Assembly (NCBI GenBank): GCA_951406725.2
Contig: OX597819.1
Coordinates: 6,634,001 to 6,698,000, forward strand
Direction: 5' to 3'
Source of the DNA: Octopus vulgaris
Lineage: Eukaryota
Length of the DNA: 64,000 nt
Both the position numbers and the translations under genes were made by a program. Within the stretch, counting starts at the first letter, position 1. The number at the start of each line of letters is the position of its first letter. Of this stretch, positions 39,906 through 54,483 are shown in pieces. The notes under the pieces were generated by a model. The model made no database searches. It was not told where the DNA came from and saw only the letters and a program-made list of their open reading frames with translations.

Positions 39906-40414
39906 ACGACAAAGGTCAGATTTGCATACTGAACTGCACCCTCATTGTATTACGGGTACCTAAATTCTATACTCGTTAACGGTCTGTTGAAAACAATATT
40001 TATTTAGCACTTGCCTTGCTGAAGTTGCTATTTTCTAATACAAAACATAACTAGTTATACATTATTTCATGAAGTTTGCTGAATTTTGGACAATCTAAAG
40101 TTGGTGTGACAGAAACAAAAAGCTGTAAATCACAAATATTTGTAATTATATTTAAAGTAAATGAAAATTTTTCTGATGTGAATAATTTGTTGCACACATG
40201 TTAAAAAATAAGAAGCTAAGAATTTAGATTAAAAAGAAAAAATACCACTTATCTCTCCAGTTGTCTGTAAATATTTGTTTAACATGAAAGCATGCAGAAC
40301 TAATTCCTTATATTGGCAGAAATAATTGATTTCTTAGATTGTAAGTTAGAAATAATTAAAAGCTCCTCACAGGATATTAGCACTATCGAGAAAATGGGCG
40401 ATAAAATAATATTG

Positions 40415-40456
<42 letters not shown>

Positions 40457-41281
40457 TTCGTGGTGGTGGTGGTAGTGGTGGTGGTGGTGACGGCGGCGGC
40501 GAAGGTAAATATAACGCTAACAACGATGACTACGAAAAGGAGGATGGTGGCGATGTGATCATGATGATGATGATAATGTCGACGACGACGATGATGATGG
40601 TGAAGACGACAAGATGACGGCAATGACGGCGATGATGATGTAAATTATTCGAAGATAAAATAATGATGAGAATAAGTTGTAAACAGTGTATTAATTATAA
40701 TTAGAAATATTACAGTTATTTTTTCCTCAATATTTTACAACTGGAAATGTTTCCTCTGAATAGTTACCGAAAGATAACAAAAATGATACTATCAATAGGC
40801 AGAAAACAACAAACAAACGATCAAACAATTTATTGTCTATGAATCTTATTAATAGTAAAATACTAGCAATAGATATTTTATTCGGTCTTTGAGTAGAAAT
40901 ATAACGTTTGAGTGCGCTAACTTCAGGCAACTGGTAGTTTGACACGAACTATTTCTCGATACTAATAATAACGGGTGAATAGAGAATTATGTAACAGATA
41001 GCACAACAATGCGAGCAATTGTAAGAACGTCTTAATTCTGCAAAGTGCCAGATGGAAGGACTAAATTCTGACGAAAAGATGAAAGCAAACAATTTCAAGA
41101 AATAGTGGAATATTGTTGATTTGTTATTATTGTTCTTGTTGTTGCTGCTGTTGCTGTTGTTGGTTTCATCGGAGGAGTAAGTAGTAACTACCAATACATA
41201 ATGTTGCTTATGCGTGTGGAGAGAGAGAAAGAATTAGCTGTTGATATTGCAGTTTATGTATGAAGTCTATTGTATAGAATA

Positions 41282-41668
41282 CTAGCAGTATCGCCCGGCG
41301 TTGCTCGGGTTTGTAAGGGAAATAACTATATAAGCATTTTAGAGAGTTATAGCCAAAAAATAGCAAAAAAATGCATTAAAAATGGAAACAAAATGATGGT
41401 AAATTTTTTTTTTAATCGTTGACTCATCGTAGACATTTTTAGAGAATTACTTCCCTTATATAATAGCGAAAAAATGCATTAAAATGGGAAAAAAATTATG
41501 GTAATTTTTTTTTTAAATCGTAGACGCGCGCTAATACCCAGAAAGGCTCGATATGAATCACGACTATAAGATACCCGGTTTTGGTTAAACTGCACCGCAA
41601 AATGTGGGAGTAGTTAGGAATCTAAATCGCAGGAGACAGACACACAACTTCTCTTTTATATATAAAGA
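41282..41668 (-). mobile_element. non-autonomous Helitron with internal ~100-bp tandem duplication
   Basis: Minus strand A|TCTTTATATATAAAAG ... CCCGAGCAACGCCGGG CGATACTGCTAG|T. Confidence 0.85.
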
Positions 41669-42089
41669 TTTCTTAGATTCCGCTGATAAACAGAATGTAC
41701 ACGAGCTTCCTTTCCAAATCTAAGGCAAAACGCCACTTCTTCACACAGGGTTACCCTGAACTGAGTATCAATGCTGCAGTCTGCTCTCTTCTCAACTGAA
41801 TTCCAGCATTCTTGCTACAATCAATTTCTCCAAGTGACAGGATACCATCTTTTATTGCCTTTTACTCATCATCTCTGCAACTTTTACACTTTTCCCATGG
41901 CCTACAAAACTCTTCAATTTTTCTCAACGCCATCTCTTTGTCAGAAACTTTGTTTTCTTCTTGCAATGCACAGCTGGATACCTTTAAATGTTCAACTTTA
42001 GATATTCCACATTAGTCTTCAACATTAAAAGCTATTTCTTTCCAAAGTGTATCTTGAAGTTAGGGTGTCCGATTCATGATCATATAGAT

Positions 42090-42422
42090 CAGTGGGTCTC
42101 AGCCGGAATTCATATGTCCCCTGAGGGTCCATATAAGATTTTAGGGGTCCACGCAACAAAATAGTAAATTGGGGATCCGCAGTTGTATTTCAAGGGCCAC
42201 TGAAAAAATATGGTTTAGATGTATGTATTGCTATGTATTGCAAGAAACAGCTAGGTTTCTTTCTCTAACATTTTACATAGTTCAACCTAAACAAGTTTGA
42301 AAAGCAAAATAGGAATTTGAAAGAAGTATGTATAAAATTAGTTTTTTTAAATATCAAATGGCTAAGGAGGTCCGTCAGAATAAAGTGATAATCAATAGAT
42401 AAAAAGAGGTTGAGAACCCTTA
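42090..42422. mobile_element. hAT-type MITE
   Basis: TIRs CAGTGGGTCTCAGCC / GGTTGAGAACCCTTA; near 8-bp TSD ATATAGAT / ATAGAGAT. Confidence 0.7.
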
Positions 42423-43344
42423 ATAGAGATCTAAGTTTCAATTCCTGGACAAGTTGACGTGTTGGTCTTTGAGCAAAGCACTTCTTTTTACGTTGCTCCA
42501 GTCTACCCAGCTGTGATGTGTACCTCACTCATTACTGACGATTGGTGCCAGTGCAGCTCCCTGTGGATCCATCTGTCGAAGCCTGGAGGATCGACAGGAT
42601 CAAAGGTGAGGATACTGAGAGAGTACCTATGTGTACTTGCGACTACCTAGCCACCAACATCAATTAGCGAAAGCATGGTACATGTTACTAACTTATACTC
42701 GCTACGAGTGAAGGTTGGCTATTCTATTTAGAACTATATTATTTGATATTCTATTTTTTGAAACAGAAGAATGTGACTGGGGTGATATTTGGCTGCTAAA
42801 ACTAGCGAGTGAAGCAACTTTATAGATCTTTTTTGTTCTTTTCTAGCTGCTCTACTAAACAGATTTTTTTCAGTTTCTTTTGATATAAGAATAACCTACC
42901 AAAGCATGAAAATATTGAATCTATTTACATAGAATGAAGACAAATAAAATATTGTGCAAGACTGATATATTGAGGTACAATGAAGCGTAGCGTATGGAGA
43001 GACATTAATTGACAAAATCGATAGAGCATCAGCAAAAATCCTTTCCTTGTTATCATTGAGTGCTGATACATCTGAGTTCAGATACAACTAAAATCAAATC
43101 TGCTTGCGAATCTTTCGCGTCGAGAAAAAAGGTACCTGTCTAGAAATGAGAGCGGATTTTCTATCTCTCTTTTTCTCACTCTCCCTTCCCCTTCCCTACT
43201 CTCCCCCATTTTTTCCCTCCGTTTCCCGGTCTTTTTCCATTTCGCTTTCTCTCTTTCTCTCTCACTCTCACTCCCTCCCTCTCTCTCTCTCTATCTATCT
43301 CTCTCTCTCTCTCTCTCCATATATATACATATATAGATATTTGA

Positions 43345-43951
43345 AATAATAAAAATTGTGAAAATTGTGAAAATTTGAATATTAATTTTATTAATATCAA
43401 TTTAAAACCAGTAGTCTAGCATATAGAAAAATCTAAAGATTCAGAAAAATTATATTACATACATATAACAGGAATGACCACTAAGTGGACATCCATTATG
43501 ATAGAGGTCGACCCCTTATGGTCTTACCACTAAGAAAGGAATGTTCTCAAGAAAATTTAGCAAACGCCAGAACTTAAGCGAGCAAGACAAATGAAAAAAT
43601 ATAGAGATTAATCACAAACCAGTTTCGTTGTTACCACTTACGTAATCACTTACGTAGATGTCCGCAACTCGTCAGTGTGATCGTCATAGCAGAAAATAAT
43701 TTGCAGAACAATACACGAGACGTCTGCATGAGATTGAACATGTATATAGTTCTACCATTACCTTTGAGGATATATTTCAAAAGTCTTCGTTTTGGCGCGC
43801 CAAAATACCGGAAATAATTCTGCAGAAAATAATTCTCTATGTTAGAGAACATAGTTATTTAAATTTAAAATTATAATAATAAGGGTGAAAAATTGAATAT
43901 CAATTTGATTAATATCAATTTAAAACCAGTGGCCTAGCATATAGAAAAATC
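43345..43951 (-). mobile_element. HHR-carrying non-coding element, ~525-bp unit plus partial second unit
   Basis: 43345-43433 is repeated at 43875-43951; contains the HHR at 43611-43681. Confidence 0.75.
43611..43681 (-). ncRNA. type I hammerhead ribozyme motif
   Basis: Minus strand ATCACA-CTGACGA-GTTG...CAAC-GAAAC tg GTT-TGTGAT; GUU triplet. Confidence 0.82.
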
Positions 43952-44676
43952 AGTTATATGTGTTGTATATGACGATGCTTGAACAGACATTAATCTAGCT
44001 AAGTAGTAACTGACAAGGTTTTAAACACTTCTGTTGAAGCCAGAACAGAGGCGATTTCTTTAAAGTGAATGCTAATCTTCGCAAATGTGACAAAATGTAA
44101 AGTAAATCAGAGCAGGATTTTATCTCGAAGCTATTTACTACGTTCTACCTATTCTTTCCTGCAATGTTCGTCATACTAGCAATATTGGTCTAAAATTTTA
44201 ACACCAGGTCAGCAATTTTGTGGAAAGGTCTAAGTCGATTAAATTGACCCCAGAGCGAAATACCGCTAAGCATTTTGCCCGGCGTCCTAACGATCCTACC
44301 AGCTCGACGCCTTATGTTATACCTGTAATATTATTTGGAATAATGTATTTATGATATCAACTACAATAGTGAGACGAATATAGTTCCTATGAAGTGAAAC
44401 GTGACAATGAGACTCGTTAAATACCCTTTAAATTGACGTCGGTCCATAAAATGTTGACTTCCGAGATACGTTTCTCAGAATTTCTAACAGGATATAGGAG
44501 GTTACTGTGGTCAGTAAATTTTCCAAACGATCATTATTTACACAAGACAAAATAAATCTATTGATATTGCTTCTTAGCACTATCAGCTGATATTAGGGAT
44601 GACTAATCATGCTTACAAACTGTACTGTTGGATATTTTAACTGATGTGAAAAAAAGAAGGTAGTTTTCACTAAGAT

Positions 44677-45101
44677 AGGCGCAGGAGTGGGTGTGTGGTA
44701 AGTAGCTTGCCTACCAACCACATGGTTCTGGGTTCAGTCCCACTGCGTGGCATCTTGGGCAAGTGTCTTCTGCTATAGCCTCGGGCCGACCAATGCCTTG
44801 TGAGTGGATTTAGTAGACGGAAACTGAAAGAAGCCTGTCGTATATATGTATATATGTGTATGTATGTGTATGTATATGTTTGTGTGTCTGTGTTTGTCCC
44901 CCTAGCATTGCTTGGCAACCTATGCTGGTGTGCTTACGTCCTCGTCACTTAGCGGTTCGGCAAAAGAGACCGATAGAATAAGTACTGGGCTTACAAAGAA
45001 TAAGTCCCGGGGTCGATTTGCTCGACTAAAGGCGGTGCTCCAGCATGGCCGCAGTCAAATGACTGAAACAAGTTAAAGAGAGTGTAAAAGAGTAAAAGAG
45101 T
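44677..45101 (+). mobile_element. SINE family B, full-length reference copy
   Basis: tRNA-like head GGCGCAGGAGTGG..TGTGGTAAG..GGTTCAGTCCC, internal (TA/TG)n, LINE-like tail and (GTAAAAGA)n end. Confidence 0.92.
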
Positions 45102-45519
45102 ATATGATATGCCTCAACCAGAAGTTCACATTTGAAGAGTTCTTATACATTCCATTCTATCCCAAATGGTTAAAATTTCAACAAGACCACACTATTGAAG
45201 AGGGATATAAATATGCTGACCCAACATTGCTCTTCTTTAAACACTAAATGCTGGTGATACGACTTATTCTACCAGAACGCAACTCATTTGGTTATTGCCA
45301 CGATCGATAACCAGTTCAAAATATAGCAGAGTATATTACTTTAAGCTAATTCCAAATGTTATTAAATTATTTGCATCATCCAAATGGCGTAACAATTGAC
45401 CTATTGACAAAATTGTATTTCTTGGGTTATGTATATATATATATTTATATTTATATATATGAATAATATGTGTATATGTATGCATGTATGTATATATATA
45501 TACAGATATATATATATAT

Positions 45520-45589
<70 letters not shown>

Positions 45590-45665
45590 GCATATATGCA
45601 TATATATATATATAATATGACATATTTATATATTTATATATATATATATATAAATATATATATAT

Positions 45666-45702
<37 letters not shown>

Positions 45703-45810
45703 CCCATAAACAACACCCTTCCAAACATGCAATAATGAACACACAGATACACATACACACACACATATTCACGCACTCACATGTATATGCGCATATATGT
45801 GTGAATTTTT

Positions 45811-45845
<35 letters not shown>

Positions 45846-46367
45846 ATGTATGTATGTATGTATGTATGTATGTATGTATGTATATATAGGTCTGTGTGTG
45901 TGTGTCTGAGTGTGCAAACATCAGTGTGTGCGTGCCTGCATGTTGCTATATACATATACATATCCGTGTATGCATTATTCCAAATGCAATATCAATAAAC
46001 TACCTACAATATCCTCATCGCATGAAGTTTTAGAATATCTGAACTTAAGACCTCCATATTGAATATTCAATTAATATTTTAACAGATGATATTATATTTT
46101 AGCTACGGTCGTACGAATAATATTGTTATGACTTCCGTTTAGTGCTTATTGCGGATATTTTGCTGATCGGTTGTTTCCTTCATACGACAAGTATTTCGCA
46201 TAAAAATCACGACAGGGGAAATAACATGCAATAATGAAAATATAAATAATAGCTAAGGGATCAATATAATCCTATTTTAGGAGAACGCTGTGTTAGATAT
46301 TTTCAGTATGATGGAAAAGTTGATGGATGAATGGTAAATTGGTATGTATATATCTACACACACACAC

Positions 46368-46440
<73 letters not shown>

Positions 46441-46491
46441 CATACATACATACATACATACATACATAGGTAGATAGGTAGATAGATAGAT

Positions 46492-46528
<37 letters not shown>

Positions 46529-46585
46529 TGTGTGTGTATTATATATATATACATATATGTTTGTGTATTATATATATATACACAT

Positions 46586-46623
<38 letters not shown>

Positions 46624-46652
46624 CAGTATATACAGATATATATATATATATC

Positions 46653-46705
<53 letters not shown>

Positions 46706-47294
46706 TAGATATATATATGAGACAATATTGAAAGTGAATGTGTATGTGAGTGTATATGAGTGGGCATCTGTGTATGTGCGTTATAAGGCGTATTCTTCCA
46801 TATAAATAAATAAAAATACTCTTAAATGAATACTGGAAGTAAGTGATAGCGAAAATGATAGGGTTGTGAGAGAGTATGATCGATAGTTGAAGTGCGTATG
46901 AGAAAGAGTTTGAGAAAAGAAAATGATTGAGTAATTAAAGACACAACATATGAATACAGATGAATATTGATGGCTGTGTAGTGATTTTTAAAAGCGAAAA
47001 CAAATCTTATTTAATATACTGTTAAACAACATATAGGAAGTTTATGATTAGAACGGATGCAGGATTGATTATATAATTCAATAAAGAATCTGGAAGATAT
47101 TGATAAATCTGGGGGCAGAACCAGGTGAACTCAGTAGCAATTGACTTCAAATTTATTGAATTTTTCTCTACTGCATTCTGAGTTCAAATTCTTGTAAGTC
47201 ATTCAAAATTGGTTCAATTGATCCGGCGTATCATTATTTCTACAATTGCAACGGTACCTTTTTTTCATTGCAACAACAGGTGCAGAACAGCAGT

Positions 47295-47334
<40 letters not shown>

Positions 47335-47343
47335 GTGGTTGTG

Positions 47344-47388
<45 letters not shown>

Positions 47389-47502
47389 AATTTCTATGAT
47401 ATACTCCGATGTCAATTCTGATCGGACCAAATTCGTTCCAGCCGTGAACTTTATTTAGAAGTAGGGTGTTTATTGTTCCCACCCGTTTTTTATTTATGCG
47501 CC

Positions 47503-47795
47503 CTTTTCAAGCCTAGCTTGGGTCATGAGCCCGGTTTCCCGGTTTCTGTGGCGTATGTGTTCCCCCCAGCTGAACGGGACGCCAGTCCATAGCAGCGTTA
47601 CTCAAGAAACAGGAAGAGAAAGTGAGAGACAGCTGGGGCGAAAGAGTACAACAGGGGTCGCCACCACCTCCTGCCGGAGCCTCGTGGAGCTTCAGGAGTT
47701 TTCGCTCAATAAACACAAACAACGCCCGTTCTGGGAATCGAAACCGCGATCCTCCGACCGCAAGTCCGCTGCCCTAATCACTGGGCCATTGCGCC
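47503..47795 (-). mobile_element. SINE family A, tail type 3
   Basis: Same head and body; distinct tail ...GGACTGGCGTCCCGTTCAGCTGGGGGGAACACATACGCCACAGAAACCGGGAAACCGGG. Confidence 0.85.
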
Positions 47796-48354
47796 TCTAC
47801 TGTTCTCACCCATAAGACTACTAAATCAGGAACCTATGAATGTTATACAAAGACTCTGATTCCGAAAGTTCAAGCGATATCCAGATGCCCTGGGCAACAG
47901 ACCTTTATAGTATGTTCATCTGAATCTTCCGCCAGTTATCCTCTTTTGATTTTTGTTCGCCTCAAGACCTCAGGTCCGGTTAGAGGATGACATGTGGGAA
48001 AATGTGTGCAACAAAGAGCGACCACATCATACAGGCAACTATGAGTATTGTTGCGTATTGTAGTTAAAACATTTGTTTTCCTTTCAGCAACTATGACATA
48101 CCCAGCCCGGCATGTAATATCGGTTTCATATTTTGTCACAAGGACAGCAATTTTGGGGGACGGGTAGTGCTCAACTGGTACTTATTTTACAAAGTTGATC
48201 TCGACGGAATTTGAATCCAGGGCGTAAAGCCGGATGACATTTTCTAAGTATTTTGACCGGTCTCGACGGGATTTGAACCCAAGACATAAAGCCAAACGAA
48301 ATGCCCTCAGCATTTTGACCGGTGTGCTAACGATCCTGCCTTACCCAACGAGAA

Positions 48355-49400
48355 ATATTGAGGACAAACTATGTGAAGTGCAGAATTGATGAAACAACCG
48401 AGAGCGACAAATGCAGAGTGTGTGCGAATAGGAGTAAAATAGTGTGGCACATTGTTAGTGAATGCTCAAAATTAGCACAACATGAATACAAAAGACGACA
48501 TGACAATGTGGCAAGAATGATACTTTGGAAGGTTTGTGGAAATTATGAACTACAAGGACCCAAAAATGTGGTATAACTAACATCCCAGAAAGAGTTACTG
48601 AAAATGGGGATTGCAGAACAGTTTAAACATCGAAAACCTGACAGTCTACATCTATCCATCACTACAGGTTTATAGCTTTATGTTTATAGTGTGTATGTGC
48701 GTGCATATACACACACATACATATATACATACACGCATACACAGGCGTATGTACGTACATACATACATACATACATACATACATACATACATACATACAT
48801 ACATACATACATACATACATACATACATGCATACATGCGTGTATGCATACATACACACATACATACGTACATATATATGACGAACTAACTGTTACTTTCT
48901 CAGATGCAGCACGGATTTTTGTCAGTGAACAGGTCGCGGATTTTAGCGACGAAAATATTTTGACAAATTAAACTTAAATGTTGAAGTGAATCGAACGGCT
49001 TTTGTGTGTTTCTTAAATGGCTTACAAACACCTCCCACGCTGCAAACCTGACATTGTTGTAGTGAAAAGAAAAGAAAAAATATGCCTTATAATCGACATA
49101 GCAAGTTAAGGTGAAAAAACAGGACTGAAAAGACAGAAGGAGAATAAATGAACTATAATGAATTCAGGTGGGAAAATTGCAAGTTGTGGGCAATGAAGAG
49201 ATTAGACGAGATACTAATGGTGACTGGTGCACTTGGAAGTATCAGTACCTAACTAGCGACATGTCTCATAAACATTGGAACGAATGTAAAGATAGAACAT
49301 CTACAAAAGTCATCATTGCTCTTGAAACTGCAAAGGTACGTTGCAGGGTTCTTGAAGCATGTCACTTTAGCCTGTGGGCTGTCGACAGTTGACAGCTTCC
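48355..49400 (+). pseudogene. R4/Dong-like retrotransposon C-terminus (zinc finger plus restriction-like endonuclease), interrupted
   Basis: KCRVC..WHIVSECSKLAQHEYKRRHDNVAR; resumes KPDIVVVKRKEKICLIIDIA at 49045; followed by (GAA)n. Confidence 0.8.
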
Positions 49401-49714
49401 ATCATACTCAGCGAAAGAAGAAGTAGAAGAAGAAGAAGAAGAAGAAGAAGAAGAAGAAGAAGAAGAAGAAGAAGAAGAAGAAGAAGAAGAAGAAGAAGAA
49501 GAAGAAGAAGAAGAAGAAGAAGAAGCCTTTCTACTATACATATATATATGTATTGTTGTGTCTGGGGAGAGTCATTATCTTTTAGTACCTTATTATTTAA
49601 CACACTCACCGGTAAAGTTTCCACTCATTTACTTATATATTTTACCTGAAATTTTCGTTGCGTCTTGCAACCTTTTCAATAGTCGTTGAAAGCTGTTCGA
49701 ATAACGGACAGAGT

Positions 49715-50017
49715 CAATGACCAGTAGTTAGGGCAGCGGACTGACGGTCGTAGGATCGCGGTTTCGATTCCCAGAACGGGCGTTGTGTGTGTTTATTGAA
49801 CGAAAACACCTAAAGCTCCACGGGGCACCGGCAAGGGGTGGTGGCGATCCCTGCTGTACTCTTTCGCCACAACTTTCTCTCACTCTTTCTTCTGTTGGCC
49901 TGCTCGCTTAGCTAGCGGGGTGGCGTTATTTGAAGGCTAAAACAATGCGAAACGCATTGTGACCAGCGATGTGTAGCAACATCTGATAGCCTGGTCGGTC
50001 ACGGTGATCACAGTGAT
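49715..50017 (+). mobile_element. SINE family A, tail type 2
   Basis: Matches 7367-7670. Confidence 0.88.
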
Positions 50018-50122
50018 ATATATATATATATATATAGGGGAAGAGTTCACGTAAAAAACAAAAGACAGGTGGTGTACAAAACAAACAGATGTATTAGTAT
50101 AACGCTCAGGAATAGAAAAAGT

Positions 50123-50158
50123 CTTTTACGTTTCGAGCCTACGCTCTTCTACAGAAAG
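50123..50158 (-). ncRNA. minimal type I hammerhead motif, A6U core variant
   Basis: Minus strand CTTT-CTGTAGA-A-GAGC gtag GCTC-GAAACGTA-AAAG, identical to 30571-30606. Confidence 0.7.
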
Positions 50159-50639
50159 GGACACAGAAAAATATAAACAAGGAGAGAAACAAAGAAAGAA
50201 AAAAAATGTGTGTGTAATGGCTACCGATCTATCATATATATATATATGTATATATATATATACATACATGCACACACACCTGTATACACAACGGGCTTCT
50301 TTCAGTTTCCATCAATCAAATCCACTCACAAGGGTTTGGCTGACCCAAGGCTATAGTAGAATATACTTGCCCAAGGTACCACGCAGTGTGACTGAACCCA
50401 AAACCACGTGGTTGGAAAGCAAGCTTCTTACCACACAGCCATATATGTATATATATGCTATTCCCAAGTACAATTCCCCAATATAATCAACTGAATGAAG
50501 ACAGCGAAAAATAGGGATGGCTGTAGAGAATATACAATCCACAGACATAGACTTAAAAGTCCTATAAATCAATTATGTTTTAGGTAGGAAATAAGAACAA
50601 CAGAGCACAATATGAGCAAAATTTATTTCAAAGGATACA

Positions 50640-51185
50640 TGCTGGCATCATTTTCTGCTGTTGTTCTGTTACTGCTGATGTTGGTTTTCTTATGGTTGTT
50701 TTGTTGCGGTAGTTTATTTTCTTTGTTTCTTTTGTTGTTGTCGGTGATGTTGTTGTTGCTGCTGTTGTCGATTTTAGTGAGTTTTGCTGTTGCCTTTTAT
50801 TTTTTTTTTTTTGGTTTAATTTTGTTGATTTTTATCTTCTTTTCAATGCTGCTGGTGATGTTGATTTCGTTCCGTTTGTTATTTGTAGGTGTGTTGTTAT
50901 TATAAACATCAGCATTAACATCATCATTATCATCATCGTCATCGTCATTATCTTCCTTATCATCATCATCATCATTATCACCATCACTATCATAATCATC
51001 ATCACCATCATCATCACCGTGAATAACATCATCATACGCATCGTTAGCATTGTTATTCATCGTCACTACATTAACATCATCATCATCATTTGTATAATAA
51101 TAATAATGATAATAATAACAACAACAACAACAACAACAATAATGATAATGATAACATTCTGAGGGCATGCATTGCTCTCTCACTC

Positions 51186-51241
<56 letters not shown>

Positions 51242-51315
51242 CAACAATGATGATAATAATAATAGTAATAATAATAGTAACAATAATAATAATAATAACA
51301 ATGATGATAATGATA

Positions 51316-51376
<61 letters not shown>

Positions 51377-51383
51377 TGATGAA

Positions 51384-51426
<43 letters not shown>

Positions 51427-51534
51427 GCAATGATGAAAATAATAATAATAATAATAATAATAACAATGATGATGATAATAACAATAATAATAATAATAAT
51501 AACAATGATGATGATGATAATAATAATAATAAGA

Positions 51535-51569
<35 letters not shown>

Positions 51570-51943
51570 GTACATATCAAAATAAAGATAAAGTATTATT
51601 GTTATTGTTGCTCTCGTTTTTACTCCTTTGCTGTTATTAATGTTTGTTATTATTTATATTTTTTGTTATTGTTGATATTATTACGGATGCTATTGTTTTG
51701 TCATTAATTTTGTTTCCATTCATCTTTGTGATGTTCTTGATGTTGTGGTTGTTGTTGTTGTTACTTTAATTGTATTATTGCTTTTGTGATTCCGCTCTTA
51801 TTGTTGTTCTTTTCCATTATTATCGATCTTATTAACTTTTTTTTTACCCTCGTTTTGTTATTGCTTTTGGTGTGCTGTTGTTGTTGTACTCTCCTTTACC
51901 CTTGTTGTTATTGTTGTTGCTGTTGCTGCTGCTGCTGCTGCCT

Positions 51944-51975
<32 letters not shown>

Positions 51976-52134
51976 TCTGTTCATACTGCTGCAGTTATCG
52001 TTCTTGATGTTGTTTCCATCTCATATCGATGTTGGCCATTGTTTCTGTTGTAATTATATCTCTTCTTACACACTGGATGTTGTCTTTACAGTTGAATCTG
52101 AGCAATGAAGGTGGTGATAGTAGTACTAATAGTG

Positions 52135-52194
<60 letters not shown>

Positions 52195-52265
52195 AAGGGG
52201 CGGATTTAATGGTGGTAATTGTGGTGGTAGTAGTAGTAGTGGCGGCGGTTGTAATGGTAGTAATT

Positions 52266-52317
<52 letters not shown>

Positions 52318-52636
52318 AGGTAGGTGATGGTTGTGGTCGTAGAAGTGGCAGTAGTAACAATAGTAGTAGTAGTGGTGATAGTGGTTGTGGTAGTAATAGA
52401 AGCGGTAGTTTCTAGTGACAATAGCAGTAGTAGAGGTGGTAGTGATGATCGTTGTGGAGGTGGTTATAGTGGTGATTGTTGTTGTGGTTGTAGTTGTGTT
52501 GTTGGTTGTTGTGATAGTAGTAGTAGTGATGGTGGTGGTGGTGGTAACGGTGGTGGTAGTGGTGGTGATTGTTGTGGTAGTCGCTATCCGTATTGGTGAT
52601 AGTGGTGATTGATGTTTTGTGAGTGGTCATAGTAGC

Positions 52637-52674
<38 letters not shown>

Positions 52675-52676
52675 AA

Positions 52677-52718
<42 letters not shown>

Positions 52719-52857
52719 ATGGTGGTGGTGGTTATGGTGGTGGTAGTGGTGGGGATTGTTGTGGTAGTCGCTATCGTATTGGTGATAGTGGTGATTGATG
52801 TTTTGTGAGTGGTCATAGTAAGTAGTAGTAGTAGTAGTAGTAGTAGTAGAAGTAGTA

Positions 52858-52904
<47 letters not shown>

Positions 52905-53015
52905 TGTTGTTGTTGTTGTTGTTGTTGCTGTCATTACTATTGTTTCCATACGTATTATTGCTCTTATTGTCCCAGCTGTTGTTTTTACTAGCGTTGAAGT
53001 AGCAGTTCTTTTAGC

Positions 53016-53047
<32 letters not shown>

Positions 53048-53720
53048 TTTGCTGTTGTTGTTGTTGATGTTTGATGTTTTTGTCATGCTTAGTTATTCTG
53101 GAATAGAAGCAGAAATGGCGAATTTCTGTTTAATAAACACCAGTGAATAGAAAAAAATTAATATCTCTGATGTGTAATTGAATAGGTAGAATTATTGTCG
53201 ATCCTGCAGCAGTCGTTGTAAGTGATGGTGATGATTGTGGTGATAGAGGTATTGGTGGTGGTAGTGGTGGTGGTGGTGGTGGTATTGTGGTCGTAGAGGC
53301 ATTAGCTGCGGTGTTGGTGATAGTATTGATCATGATGGTGTTGATAGAAGAGGTGGTTGAGACGGTAGTGGTGTTGGTAGACGTGATGATGTTGATGATA
53401 ATATCGGTAAGGCGGTGGTGGTGGTGGTGGTTGTGGTGGTTATAGTGGTGGTGGTTGTGGTGGTTATAGTGGTGGTGGTGGTGGTGATGGTTACGGCGTC
53501 GGCGGCGGCGGTGGTGGTGGCGGTGGTGGCGGTGGTGGTGGTGGTGGTGGTGGTGGTGGTGGTGGTGGTGGTGGCGGTGACGGTGGTGGTGGTGGTGGTG
53601 GTGGTGGTGGTGGTGATGGTGGTGGTGGTGGTGTTGGTGGTGGTGACGGTGGTGGTGACGGTGGTGGTGATGTTGTTGGTAGTGATGAGGTTGTTGCCGA
53701 AGTTTGTAGATGTGGTGGTA
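50640..53720. repeat. mosaic of trinucleotide repeats (TTG, CAT, AAT, GTA, GGT)
   Basis: Direct reading; includes a ~190-bp-period duplication at about 52565 and 52750. Confidence 0.95.
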
Positions 53721-54265
53721 GCATAACGTGTGGTGGGTACATACTTTTGTTTCAGAATTGTCAATAGTCATTGAATACCAACGCCACCATTGTCACACGG
53801 GCCGTTTCGTCATTCACAGATCATTGCCTTCGCAAGCTCTAACTATAAAACAATGTAAATTCTTTTACAATTTATTATTGATATTTCTGCGATACAGCAT
53901 ACGCTAAACAGCCAAGAAAGAAAGAATTGTCCATTATAGAGAAATCTTTCCTGAATAACAGTCTCGGACTGATGTCTTAACGCTGCTATATTTATTACAA
54001 AACACACTATTTCATCTCTTATGCCTCGATTATTTAACGGTGTCCTGCTATGCCTCTCTTGTTTCCATTTTCACTCATACAAATTCTCTTTTCAGAAACC
54101 ATAGTAAATACTTCTCCCAAGTATTCTTGAACGGAATCGCACCAATCTAAAATCAAGTAAAATAAAATAGCTACGACCCAGGATCGAATCGTGTCACGAA
54201 CTCATGTTCCGAGGGACTTGTATCCTCGATTCAATACTCTCCATCACTGAATGAGAATCCAAGTG

Positions 54266-54483
54266 TAACCCTTTAACATTCAGATAATCTTGTCAAATTT
54301 AAAGCTTATTGATTCTCATTGTTTCGTACATTATCTTGTAGCTTTGAGATTTCTATAATGTGATTGTATACTTTTAGTATGACATTGTAGGGTTGGTGTG
54401 AGAGACAAGATTTGGCCAGTTTGAGCATTAAACAAATAGAATGTTTTGGCCATATATGACCGATTTGAATGCTAAAAGCTTAA
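54266..54483. mobile_element. piggyBac-like MITE (decayed)
   Basis: TAACCCTTTAACATTCA ... TGAATGCTAAAAGCTTAA termini. Confidence 0.5.

Noticed and set aside
53130-53771. His-rich, Thr-rich or Pro-rich protein (mucin- or extensin-like)
   Set aside because: All frames are open only because of (CCA)n; no signal peptide or unique domain.
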